Assembly: GCA_964016885.1 (NCBI GenBank)
Contig: OZ024743.1
Span: 30,132,001-30,196,000 of the forward strand
Origin: Eledone cirrhosa
Lineage: Eukaryota
Length of the DNA stretch: 64,000 bases
Direction of reading: 5' to 3'
The notes under the pieces were generated by a model. That model worked only from the letters and a program-made list of their open reading frames with translations. It did not search any database and had not been told where the DNA came from. A program made the position numbers and the translations under genes. The number at the start of each line of letters is the position of its first letter. Within the stretch, counting starts at the first letter, position 1. This document shows, in pieces, positions 1 to 12,240 of the stretch.

Positions 1-39
<39 letters not shown>

Positions 40-41
<2 letters not shown>

Positions 42-855
42 TTTCGTATTAATTTTTTCATATTTATCGTACGAGCATTTATGTAGTTTGCATTAGAATT
101 TATGTATTGTAGCGGTACTCTTATATATCGTATTAGCATTCATTTTCGTGACTCTGAATTATTATTTCGTGTTAGTTTTTTTTTTTTTTTAGCATTTTGG
201 CCCCCTACTTGTCCTGTCATTGTAAGATAGATTTGGCCGATTACTACTAACTCATAAAATTCTTTCACTACAATCTCGTATTTAGTATTCCGTCCCACCT
301 ATTAAACTTTTCTATAGTTGAGAGATTTGATAATTGTGGTAGTGGAATCGTAACCAGAAATTGTGTTTTTTCATACTTTTAACATTCTTATTTTTCTATA
401 TATTTACTCCATATAGATTTACTTATTGTTTCGACTTCTACCCCCTCCCCCTCTCTAGTATACTTCTCTTGACCTCTTATCCTTAGGATTTGGCTGTAGT
501 TGTCACTTTCAACGAACGACTGGGTTTCCTCCACTCCCTCTCCCTCATTCTTCTACTGGCAAGTTCAGCTAACCCTTCCTTCCACAAAATGCCATGATAG
601 AATTATGTGTCTCAACAACAAACTTTTGACCAATCCTTGTGAAAATCACTTTTACCATATATGGAATTACTCCCTGAGAAGCTCGGCTATTCATTTACCA
701 GGATAAAAATATTTCATTTAGTCCAGAATTAGCCGTCGAAACGGCTTGAGCTCAGCCGTCGGCGTCCTACTCGTTCCTATTACCCACTCTACTACCCTAA
801 GTATTGATTACTTGGGTGCTTATGGTCCATCTGGTTCCTTACCACATTTCCTTCG

Positions 856-858
<3 letters not shown>
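40..858 (+). mobile_element. 3' UTR/pLTR end of a PLE (same family as 26492-28648), probably continuing upstream of the window
   Basis: 500-858 aligns by eye with ~28300-28648 (cactttcaacg...gccatgatag...gtccagaattagccgtcgaaacggcttgagctc...ggtccatctggttccttaccaca); ends at (TA)n. Confidence 0.75.
669..765 (+). ncRNA. Variant hammerhead ribozyme motif (CUGAGAA core, long stem II, long stem III with palindromic loop)
   Basis: actcc CTGAGAA gctcggcta...tagccgtc GAA Acggct tgagctc agccgT C ggcgt; C3-A8 mismatch, imperfect stem I. Confidence 0.55.
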
Positions 859-893
<35 letters not shown>

Positions 894-1474
894 GCTCATA
901 TATACAGATACATACATACATATACACATATACACATTATTTCTTTACATGTGCCTTTTAATCTTATAGCCTGGTTTAATTCGTTTCTGGCGGGGATCAT
1001 TTAAGAAAAATCTTTGTCCAAGTAAGTTTGTTTCCTGATGAGTTCGAAACTCGAGAATTTATCCTTGATTGGATATTTCCGAAAGCCATACCCTAAGGGT
1101 AAAAACGTAATCCTGGTATGTGCATATGCATTTTTTCTTCTAACTTTAATTCTATACCTAATTGTGTATGGTTGCCGATATATTTAATCGATTTCCACGT
1201 GCTATTGAAATGATGGGTAAATATTATATGGCTTTTGGTCGCGAATAAATGGGTATCGTTTATTTATCTATTATTTCTTCACAGGTGGCTTTTAATCTTA
1301 TAGCCTGGTTTAATTGTTGTTTTGTGTGGTTGATTATGTTGATTGGGAGAGGAATTGAGTATATATCTTATCAAATGATTCTAAGAACATAATTTATAGT
1401 ATATTGAGCCACATCGTGAATGGTTACCAAAAACATATCTATAACTTTATCTAGTTTGTGTATGTGTAAATCTT

Positions 1475-1567
<93 letters not shown>

Positions 1568-1590
1568 TTATATATATATACATATATATG

Positions 1591-1624
<34 letters not shown>

Positions 1625-1647
1625 CATACATATATATGTATATATGC

Positions 1648-1678
<31 letters not shown>

Positions 1679-1738
1679 CATATATATATATTATAAAAAT
1701 AGACAAAGAAGCCTTCAATACATCAAAAGTCTTTATTA

Positions 1739-1779
1739 GTCTACAATGTTTCGTCCCATTAATAAGGACTCATCAGGGC
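1739..1779 (-). ncRNA. Minimal type-I HHR in the inverted 5' pLTR piece of PLE-1
   Basis: Reverse complement gcc CTGATGA gtcc ttattaatg ggac GAAAC att GTA gac (stem I carries G>A). Confidence 0.75.
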
Positions 1780-2748
1780 AATTAAACAGACAAGAAGCAT
1801 TAACGGCCAGAACAAGCCAAAACTCAGAAGAATAGGGAATTCATATCAATGAAAGCTTATGAGAGATATGAAGGAAAAGCATGCTAAAGCTAAAAGTGTG
1901 CAGTTACAAATATGGACTATAGGGCAAGAAAGTGCTTTTATATTTTTATATTATTATATTATTTATTATTATAATATTAACATTTATATATCATATTATT
2001 TCTATGTAATGGAATTATACGTATAAATATGTCTGATATTTAAGGTACTGTTTTGTTATATCTCGTAATATTTTGTAATTATTTTATGAATGTAAACTGC
2101 ATATACCCCTATATACTTATTATCAATACTTTATGTATTTATGTATTTATGTATATATATATCTTTCAACATACTCCAGTTTTATTATGATATTTTTTCT
2201 TGCCCTGTGTAAAACTTTATATTCAACTTGTTGACATTAAGTGATATGTATGATGTAGTTTTGTATATTTTTGATGTCAGTATATTATTATATTATTTCT
2301 TGTATAGCTTATTTTTGTATAGTTTATTTTTTGTATAGTTTATGCGCACCGTCAGGGTGAGTTTTATATTATAAAGTTTATATTATAAAGAGTATATTTA
2401 TACTTATTAAGTGTTAGTATGTGTTTGTGTAAATGTGTATATATATGGATATATATATATGTATATACATACATTAAGCTTTATATTTCTTATTACCCAT
2501 TATATCGTATTGTAATTCTGATATTATATTACCATGTTGTATTTAATGTATTTGTATTATACTGTAATTTCAACGTTGGTTTGACATTTCACTCACTTTC
2601 TTGCCCTATAGTCCATATTTGTAACTGCACACTTTTAGCTTTAGCATGCTTTTCCTTCATATCTCTCATAAGCTTTCATGGATATGAATTCCCTATTCTA
2701 CTGAGTGTTGGCTTGTTCTGGCCGTTAATGCTTCTTGTCTGTTTAATT

Positions 2749-2789
2749 GCCCTGATGAGTCCTTATTAATGGGACGAAACATTGTAGGC
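2749..2789 (+). ncRNA. Minimal type-I HHR in the 5' pLTR of PLE-1
   Basis: gcc CTGATGA gtcc ttattaatg ggac GAAAC att GTA ggc, then AATAAA at 2791. Confidence 0.85.
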
Positions 2790-3009
2790 TAATAAAGACT
2801 TTTGATGTATTGAAGGCTTCTTTGTCTATTTTTATAATTTTGGGGCTCTGTTGTATTACATTGAGCTATATCCTATACTGTCATTTCTATAATACGACGA
2901 GTGTGTTTTACTCCAACGCAATTTAGTATTTTTATTCTTATTACGGCTCCCGATTGGTTTAGCTTTTTCCTATATACTGGTGTTTTGACCTTTATATATA
3001 TCTGACAGT

Positions 3010-5579
3010 ATGCTAAAAAAGAGCTACTTGCCTTTATCTCTGAAGAATATTCCCATCCTCTCTAGAAATACTTATGAAAAACTCTTGATTGCTAGCGTTA
3101 ACTCCTTCGTAAAAGGGATTAGATGGCGTGCTTTCAACTTTGATATTAACAGGAATAAGACTAACCCCCGGGATAAGACTCCATTCAATAACTTTGGCTT
3201 CAAGACTTATAAAAGTCCACCGCATAATGTTCTATTAGATAATTTTGAGAACGATTTACTTTCCCTTGTCAAAAATATAAAATATAAGCCGCATAATAAA
3301 TATGGGAACTATAATAAATTTGACAGGTTCCAGTCTAAACTTAGGAATATTGTTAAGGATTTTAAAGGGAATAAGTCTATTCTAGTCCCGGCTGACAAAA
3401 CTAAGAATCTTTACTCTATGGATTATATTGCTTACCGTAGTTTTATTTATAAGGAGCTGCATAAAAATTACAAAAAGACAACGCAGGATAATTTGGATCA
3501 AATAAATAATGAGGGCCTCAAGATAGTTTCGGATCGGGGTCTTGATAAGTATACCCAACCATATTACCCTAGGGAACCGAGATTCACACTTAAGGATCAT
3601 AAGGTAGACTTTATAAGTAATCCTTCTGTTAGACTTATCAGTCCTTCTAAGTCTGATATATCTATAATTAGTAAGAAAATCCTTGACCTGATTATTCCTA
3701 CCGTTAGGGAAAAGGTTCATTTTAATCTATGGGGAAATACTAAGGATGTCATAGATTGGTTCTCTGGTATCAATAAACTTGATTCTAGTAGGTTTATCCA
3801 GTTTGATATAGACGCCTATTACACGTCGATTTCACCTATCCTCCTTAATAAGGCTTTAATTATGGCCATGAGAATGTCTAGTCTTACGCGACCCCAGATA
3901 GATGTTATACTAGCCGCCCGTAGGACTATCATCTAATTCGAAGATACTCTTTGGACGCGTAAAAACACACCCAACAACTTTGACGTTACAATGGGTTCGA
4001 GTGATTCGGCCCAGGTAACTGACCTTGTTGGGCTGTTCCTCCTGAACGAACTGTATGTTAGTTTTCCGCACCTTAAAGGGTGACTTTATCGTGACGATGC
4101 ATTATTTGTGATAAACTCTAGCACTAATAACATTGAGCATAGTAGCAAGAAACTATATACATTTTTTTAAAATTTTAACCTTTCGATCACGATTGATAAG
4201 AATAATAGAGCAGTCAACTTTTTAGATGTGACATTAGACTTGGTCACTAATAGTTATAAACCCTTCCACAAGCCTAATGAGACACTCTCTTACGTTAATC
4301 CCAATTCCAACCACCCTAAATCTATGATTAGTTCTATAATTAATGGTGTATCTAGGGAATCTCCACACTCTCTAAGGATATAGGAATCTTTAATTCACAT
4401 GCAGAATATTATAATAACGCCCTAGCTAACTCAGGTTACTCTGGTAAAATACATTATAAGGAGGACAAACTTGAAATGACTCCGATTACCCATAATAACG
4501 TAATATCCCATAATATGGCCTTGAATGGGAGTACAAAACATAGGAATCATAGAAATATTATAGATATATCCAAACCGAACCCTAAGTTTAGCTACCGAAA
4601 TAGTAGTCGGATTAGTGAGTCTAATGGTACGCATATCGGGTTCAGTTCTAGGGAGCAGGATAGGCGCTCTGAACGTTCACCCAGTGGTAATGTTTTAACT
4701 GCTTCTAATAGTGTTAATTCAACTGATCCTTATATTTACCCTGATCCTATTAATAGGATACCATATTACGGTAGAGATAGTAAAGGTAGGAATAGGAGGA
4801 GACTCAATACTTACTTTAACCCGCCTTTTGATCATGAAGTATTAACTAATATCCCTAGGTCTTTCTTTTCTATCTTAGAGAAAAATGTCCCTCCTACTAA
4901 TAAATATCATGGTATATGTAATAACAACTTAATTAAACTCTCCTTCTCTGACATTAATTCTCATCTAGCTAGCACTAACAATAGGATAATTAGGGATAGC
5001 TACTTCTCTTTGCGTACTGCTAATCTAGATAGCTCTATTAATAACTTACCGCCCGAGCAGATCTTATCTTATAATAACCATAGGAATAATGCATCGCGTA
5101 ATCAGCTAGTTACTAGTACCCGGAAGCGTAACTGTAGAGTAAGTAATAACTGCCCTTTAAATGGTCACTGTCTCTCTAGGAACATTGTTTATGCTTGTGA
5201 AGTTAAGACTAATTCTTCTTGTAGAACACATATAAGCTCCACATCTAATACTTTTGAAACTAGGTTTAATTCACATATTTCTAATTTTAAGCATATCAAG
5301 TTTAAGAACTCTACTTCTTTGGCACACCATATCTGGGATTTAAAAGGGGCTGGTATACCATATAGCCTAAATTGGCGAATAGTAGCACACTCTAATCACC
5401 TATCAACGAACACTAAATTCTCTAATCTTTGTATCCTAGAGACCCATTCTATAATTTTCTCTAGGAGCATATTGCTTAATAGAAAATCTGAGATATTTTC
5501 TTCCTGTCCGCATGCCATCTCTAATTCTTTATTCTATTATAGACCTAAAAGTTCCGGTAGTTTAAACCGTATCCATTAG
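3010..5579 (+). pseudogene. Disrupted PLE polyprotein (RT + C-terminal GIY-YIG-type endonuclease), Hydra-clade-like
   Basis: SLKNIP, RWRA, TLKDHK..F..NPSVRLI, FDIDAYY, MGSSDSAQVTDLVG, LYRDD, YFNPPF, NC..CPL..HCL..NIVYAC, LLNRKSE..SCPH; stops at 3934 and 4081 and a frameshift near 4350. Confidence 0.88.
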
Positions 5580-6209
5580 CTGCTATATTTCCCTATCTCT
5601 TTGGTTTTAGTTCATTTTTATTACCATTATTATTAATTTTCTACGGTTGTTTCGATTTTCGAATTTTAGTTTTCATAGTCGTATTAGGTACCTTACCATA
5701 TCTATCATCTTAAACATTGTTACATTTTTACTCAATATTATCGCCTTGTAAGTTTGTATCTTATTGAATAGTTTAATTTTGAGTCTCCTACATCTAAAAC
5801 TAATGAACCTCCTCCTTTCCACACTTCATATTCGCCCCGTGTTATAATATTATATATAAATTCTACTTTTATACTCCTTTTTTATTATATTATATTATAT
5901 ATTAATTTTTACTTTTATGATCCTTCCTATCCTCCATAGTTTCACTTCTTTCTGTTCCCATTGGTCTACCATAGTTTTATTTAGAGTTTTTTCTTTGATA
6001 ACGTAATTCATCTGATCGTATCGTAATATATATTATATTATAGTTTTTATTGAGATATCCTAATTTTATACGACTTTTATACGACTAAATTCCATTTAGA
6101 GTTACTAATAATATCTTTTAGGCAATTTTAATATTAATTAATTTAATAAGGTTTTCTATTCAACTCTTTAGTTTAGAATAATAATACCTTCTATATTTAC
6201 ATAATTGTT

Positions 6210-6290
6210 TCTACGTTAGGCACAAGGCCAGCAATTACCCAGTGTATTACTGGTACTTTATTTTATCGACCCCGTAAGGATGAAAGGCAA
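6210..6290 (+). repeat. Fragment of an octopus-type interspersed repeat (SINE-like)
   Basis: ggcacaaggccagcaatt...ctggtactttattttatcgaccccgtaaggatgaaaggcaa; related tatcgaccccagaaaaatgaaaggca near 55893; family recalled from memory only. Confidence 0.4.
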
Positions 6291-7345
6291 TAATGAATCG
6301 TTATACCTACGTACTGTGCTTGTTTTTGTTTTTGGTCTTCGTTTTATTTTGTTTTATTTATTTTTTTACTACCACTTGATGTCTGTCTTCCTATCATCAT
6401 CATCATTACTTCTTTACTACCACCTGCTATTTTGCCTTCATATAATATGCTTTGCATCACAACATGCCTCCCTATATTAATATATTAATCGCGTAAATAT
6501 GTCCTAAACAATTTCAATTGACTCTGCCAGTCTGCTTTTATATTTTTATATTATTATATTATTTATTATTATAATATTAACATTTATATATCATATTATT
6601 TCTATGTAATGGAATTATAAGTATAAATATGTCTGATATTTAAGGTACTGTTTTGTTATATCTCGTAATATTTTGTAATTATTTTATGAATGTAAACTGC
6701 ATATACCCCTATATACTTATTATCAATACTTTATGTATTTATGTATTTATGTATATATATATCTTTCAACATACTCCAGTTTTATTATGATATTTTTTCT
6801 TGCCCCGTGTAAAACTTTATATACAACTTGTTGACATTAAGTGATATGTATGATGTAGTTTTGTATATTTTTGATGTCAGTATATTATTATATTATTTCT
6901 TGTATAGCTTATTTTTTGTATAGTTTATTTTTTGTATAGTTTATGGGCACCGTCAGGGTGAGTTTTATATTATAAAGTTTATATTATAAAGAGTATATTT
7001 ATACTTATTAAGTGTTAGTATGTGTTTGTGTAAATGTGTATATATATGGATATATATATATATACATACATTAAGCTTTATATTTCTTATTACCCATTAT
7101 ATTGTATTGTAATTCTGATATTATATTACCATGTTGTATCTAATGTATTTGTATTATACTGTAATTTCCCCGTTGGTTTGACATTTCACTCACTTTCTTG
7201 CCCTATAGTCCATATTTGTAACTGCACACTTTTAGCTTTAGCATGCTTTTCCTTCATATCTCTCATAAGCTTTCATGGATATGAATTCCCTATTCTTCTG
7301 AGTGTTGGCTTGTTCTGGCCGTTAATGCTTCTTGTCTGTTTAATT

Positions 7346-7386
7346 GCCCTGATGAGTCCTTATTAATGGGACGAAACATTGTAGGC
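7346..7386 (+). ncRNA. Minimal type-I HHR in the 3' pLTR of PLE-1
   Basis: Identical to 2749-2789, followed by AATAAA. Confidence 0.85.
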
Positions 7387-7563
7387 TAATAAAGACTTTT
7401 GATGTATTGAAGGCTTTTTTGTCTATTTTTATAATGTTTCGGCTCTGTTGTATTACATTGAGCTATATCCTATACTTGTCATTTCTATAATACGATGAGT
7501 GTGTTTTACTCCAACGCACTCTAGTATTTTAATTCTTACACATATATATATATATGCATATAA

Positions 7564-7666
<103 letters not shown>

Positions 7667-7891
7667 TACATACATATATATGTATATATACATAAACCTA
7701 TTGATTTTATAAAATATACATATTCATTTTATTAAAAGTAAGTTGTTAGTCTTGTTTGCCTAATAAACATGTGAAACTCCAGAATAAAACTACATACTAT
7801 TTAGCCTTAATGAAATTGATTGGTATTGATTACCCTTATCGGTCAGTCGTCAGTCCACAGACACATTACACACACACGCACACACACTCAC

Positions 7892-7960
<69 letters not shown>

Positions 7961-7966
<6 letters not shown>

Positions 7967-8380
7967 TAAACGGAATAGAAAATGCTGACAAATTGTTCAC
8001 AGTTGAAAAATGGTTTAATTAGGAATAAAAGAGTATTAGTGATTGTATGGGTTAGTATTCAGTTGTGGTTTTAAGTTTTTAAGTTTTTACCGGTTGCGCA
8101 TTTCTAAATGCTTTTCAAAAATAATTTTGAGATAGAGTGTCCGTGCTGTTTGCTCTGATCTGCACGGACACTCTATCTCAAAATTATTTTTGAAAAGCAT
8201 TTAGAAATGCGCAACCGATAAAAACTTAAAAACTTAAAACCACAACTGAATACTAACCCATACAATCACTAATACTCTTTTATTCCTAATTAAACCATTT
8301 TTCAACTGTGAACAATTTGTCAGCATTTTCTATTCCGTTTACCAATATATAATAACTTGTGTGTTACACCTCTATTCTTT

Positions 8381-8386
<6 letters not shown>
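7961..8386 (+). mobile_element. Non-coding foldback derivative of the PLE-2 pLTR (~190-bp arms + ~40-bp tail)
   Basis: 7961-8162 matches 15962-16163; 8162-8386 is the reverse complement of 15923-16147; flanked by (TA)n; variant HHRs at 8085-8121 (-) and 8187-8223 (+). Confidence 0.88.
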
Positions 8387-8442
<56 letters not shown>

Positions 8443-8444
<2 letters not shown>

Positions 8445-9560
8445 GTAGCAGCAGGATCCGGCGTTGCACAAAGTAGGAAACGTGAAATACAACAAGCATA
8501 TGCAAAGATTGATGAATGTAGCTGAGTACTTTTTGAATTCCTTTATTCTCAGGGAATGATTGTTCTTCTACCGGAAACGTAGAACACCAGCAGGGCTGAT
8601 TGTGGAAATCCTGTATGCAAAAGGAGTAAGTAAGTGTTGTGGGGCAATGTATGTCGTAAGTCTGTTCACGAATTACGTCACGGATTGGGAACACACGTCA
8701 GTCTGAAGGAGTGACGTAGTCAATTGTGTGAAAACCAAGTAGGGATGTACGTTTAAGTAGGGATATTGAGATGACGAAAACAGCGTGGCAACGCTGCTGC
8801 AGCAGCAGGGGGTCACAGTGCAATTAGCACAAACGCTCGGTGGCACTCGTTGCACTGCGTTTACACAGCAACAAAGGTGCGACTAAAGGGTTCAGTGCAG
8901 AATTAGCACAACCGCTGTTCGGTGTACTTGCGCATAATCATAATGCGGGGTTGGTGCACGAATCATCAACAGAGCCGGATTGGCAACGAATCATCAACAG
9001 AGCCGGATGAATGCACGAAGCGTCAACGGGGCGCCGACAAAAATGTTAAGGTCCTCATCATTTCCTCAATCTCCCCAAAATGGTCCTGCTTAAAAGTAAG
9101 TAATTGTTGTGTCCTCCGTTAAATAAACCAAATGTTTAACGAAATATTATACGCTACTTACCATGTTTAAGTAGCGTTTACATTGAACATGAAAATGGCT
9201 TGTAATGCTCAATATTAATTCTTAAAATTTCCTAGAAACCATTAATGGAATGGGAATTTATTTTGTCCACAGCAATGCGAGGTACAAACTAATGCGTGCT
9301 GAACATTTTGGGGAAATCGGTTGGATTATCTTTAAGTTACGCCTCAAAAAATCAGAAAATGACTAAAAAATACGGTTTTTCGCCTTTTGCGAGCCATAGG
9401 GGAGAAAATGTTATACATTCTTTAGCCAATTGCACTTCAAAAATATAATTAACGGATGTGTAAAGTTTGAAATAGATCGGTCGGGTACTTCTCGACTTAT
9501 AGGGATTTACACAGACAGACGGACACACACACACACACAGACAGACATCCTCTATTTTAT
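8443..9560. mobile_element. Probable non-autonomous Helitron/Helentron-type element
   Basis: Starts tagtagcagcaggatccggcgttgcac; ends gtgtaaagtttgaaatagatcggtcgggtacttctcgacttataggg...(acag)n...ttttatgtatg, resembling invertebrate non-autonomous Helitron ends; no transposase ORF. Confidence 0.45.
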
Positions 9561-9585
9561 GTATGTATGTATGTATGTATATATA

Positions 9586-9643
<58 letters not shown>

Positions 9644-10050
9644 CAAATAACGAAACAAAATTAAATTTTGTTTCGTTTGTTTCCGGCCTTTCTAGAGAAT
9701 CGTAAAAGCACATATCGTTATATGCTTTTTCTATGAAAATTAGTAGTGGGCAGACTAATTTGCATACATCTACATATGTACACGTGTGTGTATTCATATG
9801 CATACTAGTATTTCAGTATACATATGTGGATGTACATTTTGAACTTAATTGTTTAAGCGTCAGTCATACAAAAGTGAGTTACAAACGAAACAAAATTTAA
9901 TTTTGTTTCGTTATTTGTTTTTATCGTCTCCGCTGAACCGGTACGTACTCACGCTCTATGCAAATTAGTCTGCCCACTACTAATTTTCATAGAAAAAGCA
10001 TATAACGATATGTGCTTTTACGATTCTCTAGAAAGGCCGGAAGATAGGTA

Positions 10051-10095
10051 AATATTGCTGATGAGATGTAACAACATCGAAACTAGTCCAATATT
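10051..10095 (+). ncRNA. Canonical type-I HHR, array copy 1
   Basis: aatattg CTGATGA gatgt aaca acatc GAAAC ta GTC caatatt: 7-bp stem I, 5-bp stem II, palindromic ACTAGT stem III; predicted cleavage after 10088. Confidence 0.92.
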
Positions 10096-10516
10096 CCTTG
10101 TCTGGCTTTCTGGAGAATAGAGGAACGGTGTTTCCTCGAAAACCAGTATGACTCTAAAAACCGGTTTGTCTGTGTGTTTACATACAGAATAGCTGGACAC
10201 TCACAGTAAAGTGTCCAGTGAAAAACTCGGTACATCTACATATGTACACGTGTGTGTATTCATATGCATACTAGTATTTCAGTATACATATGTGGATGTA
10301 CATTTTGAACTTAATTATTTAAGCGTCAGTCATACAAAAGTGAGTTACAAACGAAACAAAATTTAATTTTGTTTCGTTATTTGTTTTTATCGTCTCCGCT
10401 GAACCGGTACGTACTCACGCTCTATGCAAATTAGTCTGCCCACTACTAATTTTCATAGAAAAAGCATATAACGATATGTGCTTTTACGATTCTCTAGAAA
10501 GGCCGAAAGATAGGTA

Positions 10517-10561
10517 AATATTGCTGATGAGATGTAACAACATCGAAACTAGTCCAATATT
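10517..10561 (+). ncRNA. Canonical type-I HHR, array copy 2
   Basis: Identical motif; predicted cleavage after 10554. Confidence 0.92.
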
Positions 10562-10982
10562 CCTTGTCTGGCTTTCTGGATAATAGAGGAAAGGTGTTTC
10601 CTCGAAAACCAGTATGACTCTAAAAACCGGTTTGTCTGTGTGTTTACATACAGAATAGCTGGACACTCACAGTAAAGTGTCCAGTGAAAAACTCGGTACA
10701 TCTACATATGTACACGTGTGTGTATTCATATGCATACTAGTATTTCAGTATACATATGTGGATGTACATTTTGAACTTAATTGTTTAAGCGTCAGTCATA
10801 CAAAAGTGAGTTACAAACGAAACAAAATTTAATTTTGTTTCGTTATTTGTTTTTATCGTCTCCGCTGAACCGGTACGTACTCACGCTCTATGCAAATTAG
10901 TCTGCCCACTACTAATTTTCATAGAAAAAGCATATAACGATATGTGCTTTTACGATTCTCTAGAAAGGCCGGAAGATAGGTA

Positions 10983-11027
10983 AATATTGCTGATGAGATG
11001 TAACAACATCGAAACTAGTCCAATATT
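10983..11027 (+). ncRNA. Canonical type-I HHR, array copy 3
   Basis: Identical motif; predicted cleavage after 11020. Confidence 0.92.
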
Positions 11028-11447
11028 CATTGTCTGGCTTTCTGGAGAATAGAGGAAAGGTGTTTCCTCGAAAACCAGTATGACTCTAAAAACCGGTTTG
11101 TCTGTGTGTTTACAGCAGAATAGCTGGACACTCACAGTAAAGTGTCCAGTGAAAAACTCGGTACATCTACATATGTACACGTGTGTGTATTCATATGCAT
11201 ACTAGTATTTCAGTATACATATGTGGATGTACATTTTGAACTTAATTGTTTAAGCGTCAGTCATACAAAAGTGAGTTACAAACGAAACAAAATTTAATTT
11301 TGTTTCGTTATTTGTTTTTATCGTCTCCGCTGAACCGGTACGTACTCACGCTCTATGCAAATTAGTCTGCCCACTACTAATTTTCATAGAAAAAGCATAT
11401 AACGATATGTGCTTTTACGATTCTCTAGAAAGGCCGGAAGATAGGTA

Positions 11448-11492
11448 AATATTGCTGATGAGATGTAACAACATCGAAACTAGTCCAATATT
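11448..11492 (+). ncRNA. Canonical type-I HHR, array copy 4
   Basis: Identical motif; predicted cleavage after 11485. Confidence 0.92.
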
Positions 11493-11740
11493 CCTTGTCT
11501 GGCTTTCTGGAGAATAGAGGAAAGGTGTTTCCTCGAAAACCAGTATGACTCTAAAAACCGGTTTGTCTGTGTGTTTACATACAGAATAGCTGGACACTCA
11601 CAGTAAAGTGTCCAGTGAAAAACTCGGTACATCTACATATGTACACGTGTGTGTATTCATATGCATACTAGTATTTCAGTATACATATGTGGATGTACAT
11701 TTTGAACTTAATTGTTTATATATATATATATATATATATA

Positions 11741-12240
11741 TAGATGACATTCTACAGGACTAGAACTGTTTCTATCTTTAGAAATCATCAGGAATCAGGC
11801 TTTCCAAAGGTAAATGTGGTATTTATATCTTTTCAGGTGGTAGGAGTGGGTGTGGAGTGGGATGGGTGGAGGTCATTGGTTGAAAGAAAAGGGAATTCAT
11901 TAAAAGCTAATTCTTTAAGGCTATAATTTATATTTAGAGTGGCAAAAGCAGAAAGAATTCTATAAACAAGTTCAGAATAGGGTGTTACTCCTTATTTTTA
12001 AGTTTCTCTTAAGCTAACAATGCCTATTTTCAGGTGTCTATAAGATGGTTGGGGGTCGGTCATGGTTGATGGATTTAAAGAAAAGGGAACTTCTTTAAAA
12101 GCTAATTCTTTAAAGCACTACTTAGAGTGACAAAGACCAAGAGAATTCTATAAACCATTTCAAAATATTGGATGCTTGTCATATCATTATTGTCATATTT
12201 CTCTTAAGCTATATTCCAGGTGTCAACAGACACATTCACA
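11741..12240 (-). mobile_element. Solo diverged relative of the PLE-3 3' pLTR, with HHR at 11749-11795
   Basis: Colinear with 13803-14325 with many substitutions; revcomp attc CTGATGA tttctaaagata GAAAC ag ttctagtc ct GTA gaat. Confidence 0.75.

Larger units (their letters stand above)
1690..7538 (+). mobile_element. PLE-1: full-length Penelope-like element (inverted 5' pLTR piece + pLTR + ORF + pLTR) in (TA)n
   Basis: 1690-1934 is the reverse complement of 2594-2838; ~1-kb direct repeats 1933-2940 and 6533-7538 flank an RT/GIY-YIG ORF; TA tracts on both sides. Confidence 0.9.
9637..11718 (+). mobile_element. Retrozyme-like tandem array: ~4.2 copies of a 466-bp non-coding unit, one HHR each, preceded by two inverted pieces
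   Basis: Period 466/466/465 bp over 9765-11718 with few substitutions; 9637-9680 = revcomp of 9881-9924; 9681-9766 = revcomp of 9957-10042; (TA)n on both sides. Confidence 0.85.

Noticed and set aside
4081-4083. In-frame TGA in PLE-1 as possible selenocysteine
   Set aside because: It replaces a Gly of GGLYRDD (GGA>TGA), not a Cys, in a copy with other lesions
9765-11718. CRISPR array or repeated 60-aa gene
   Set aside because: Whole units repeat with no unique spacers; the 60-aa ORF is antisense to the HHR, starts at GTG and is frameshifted in copy 3
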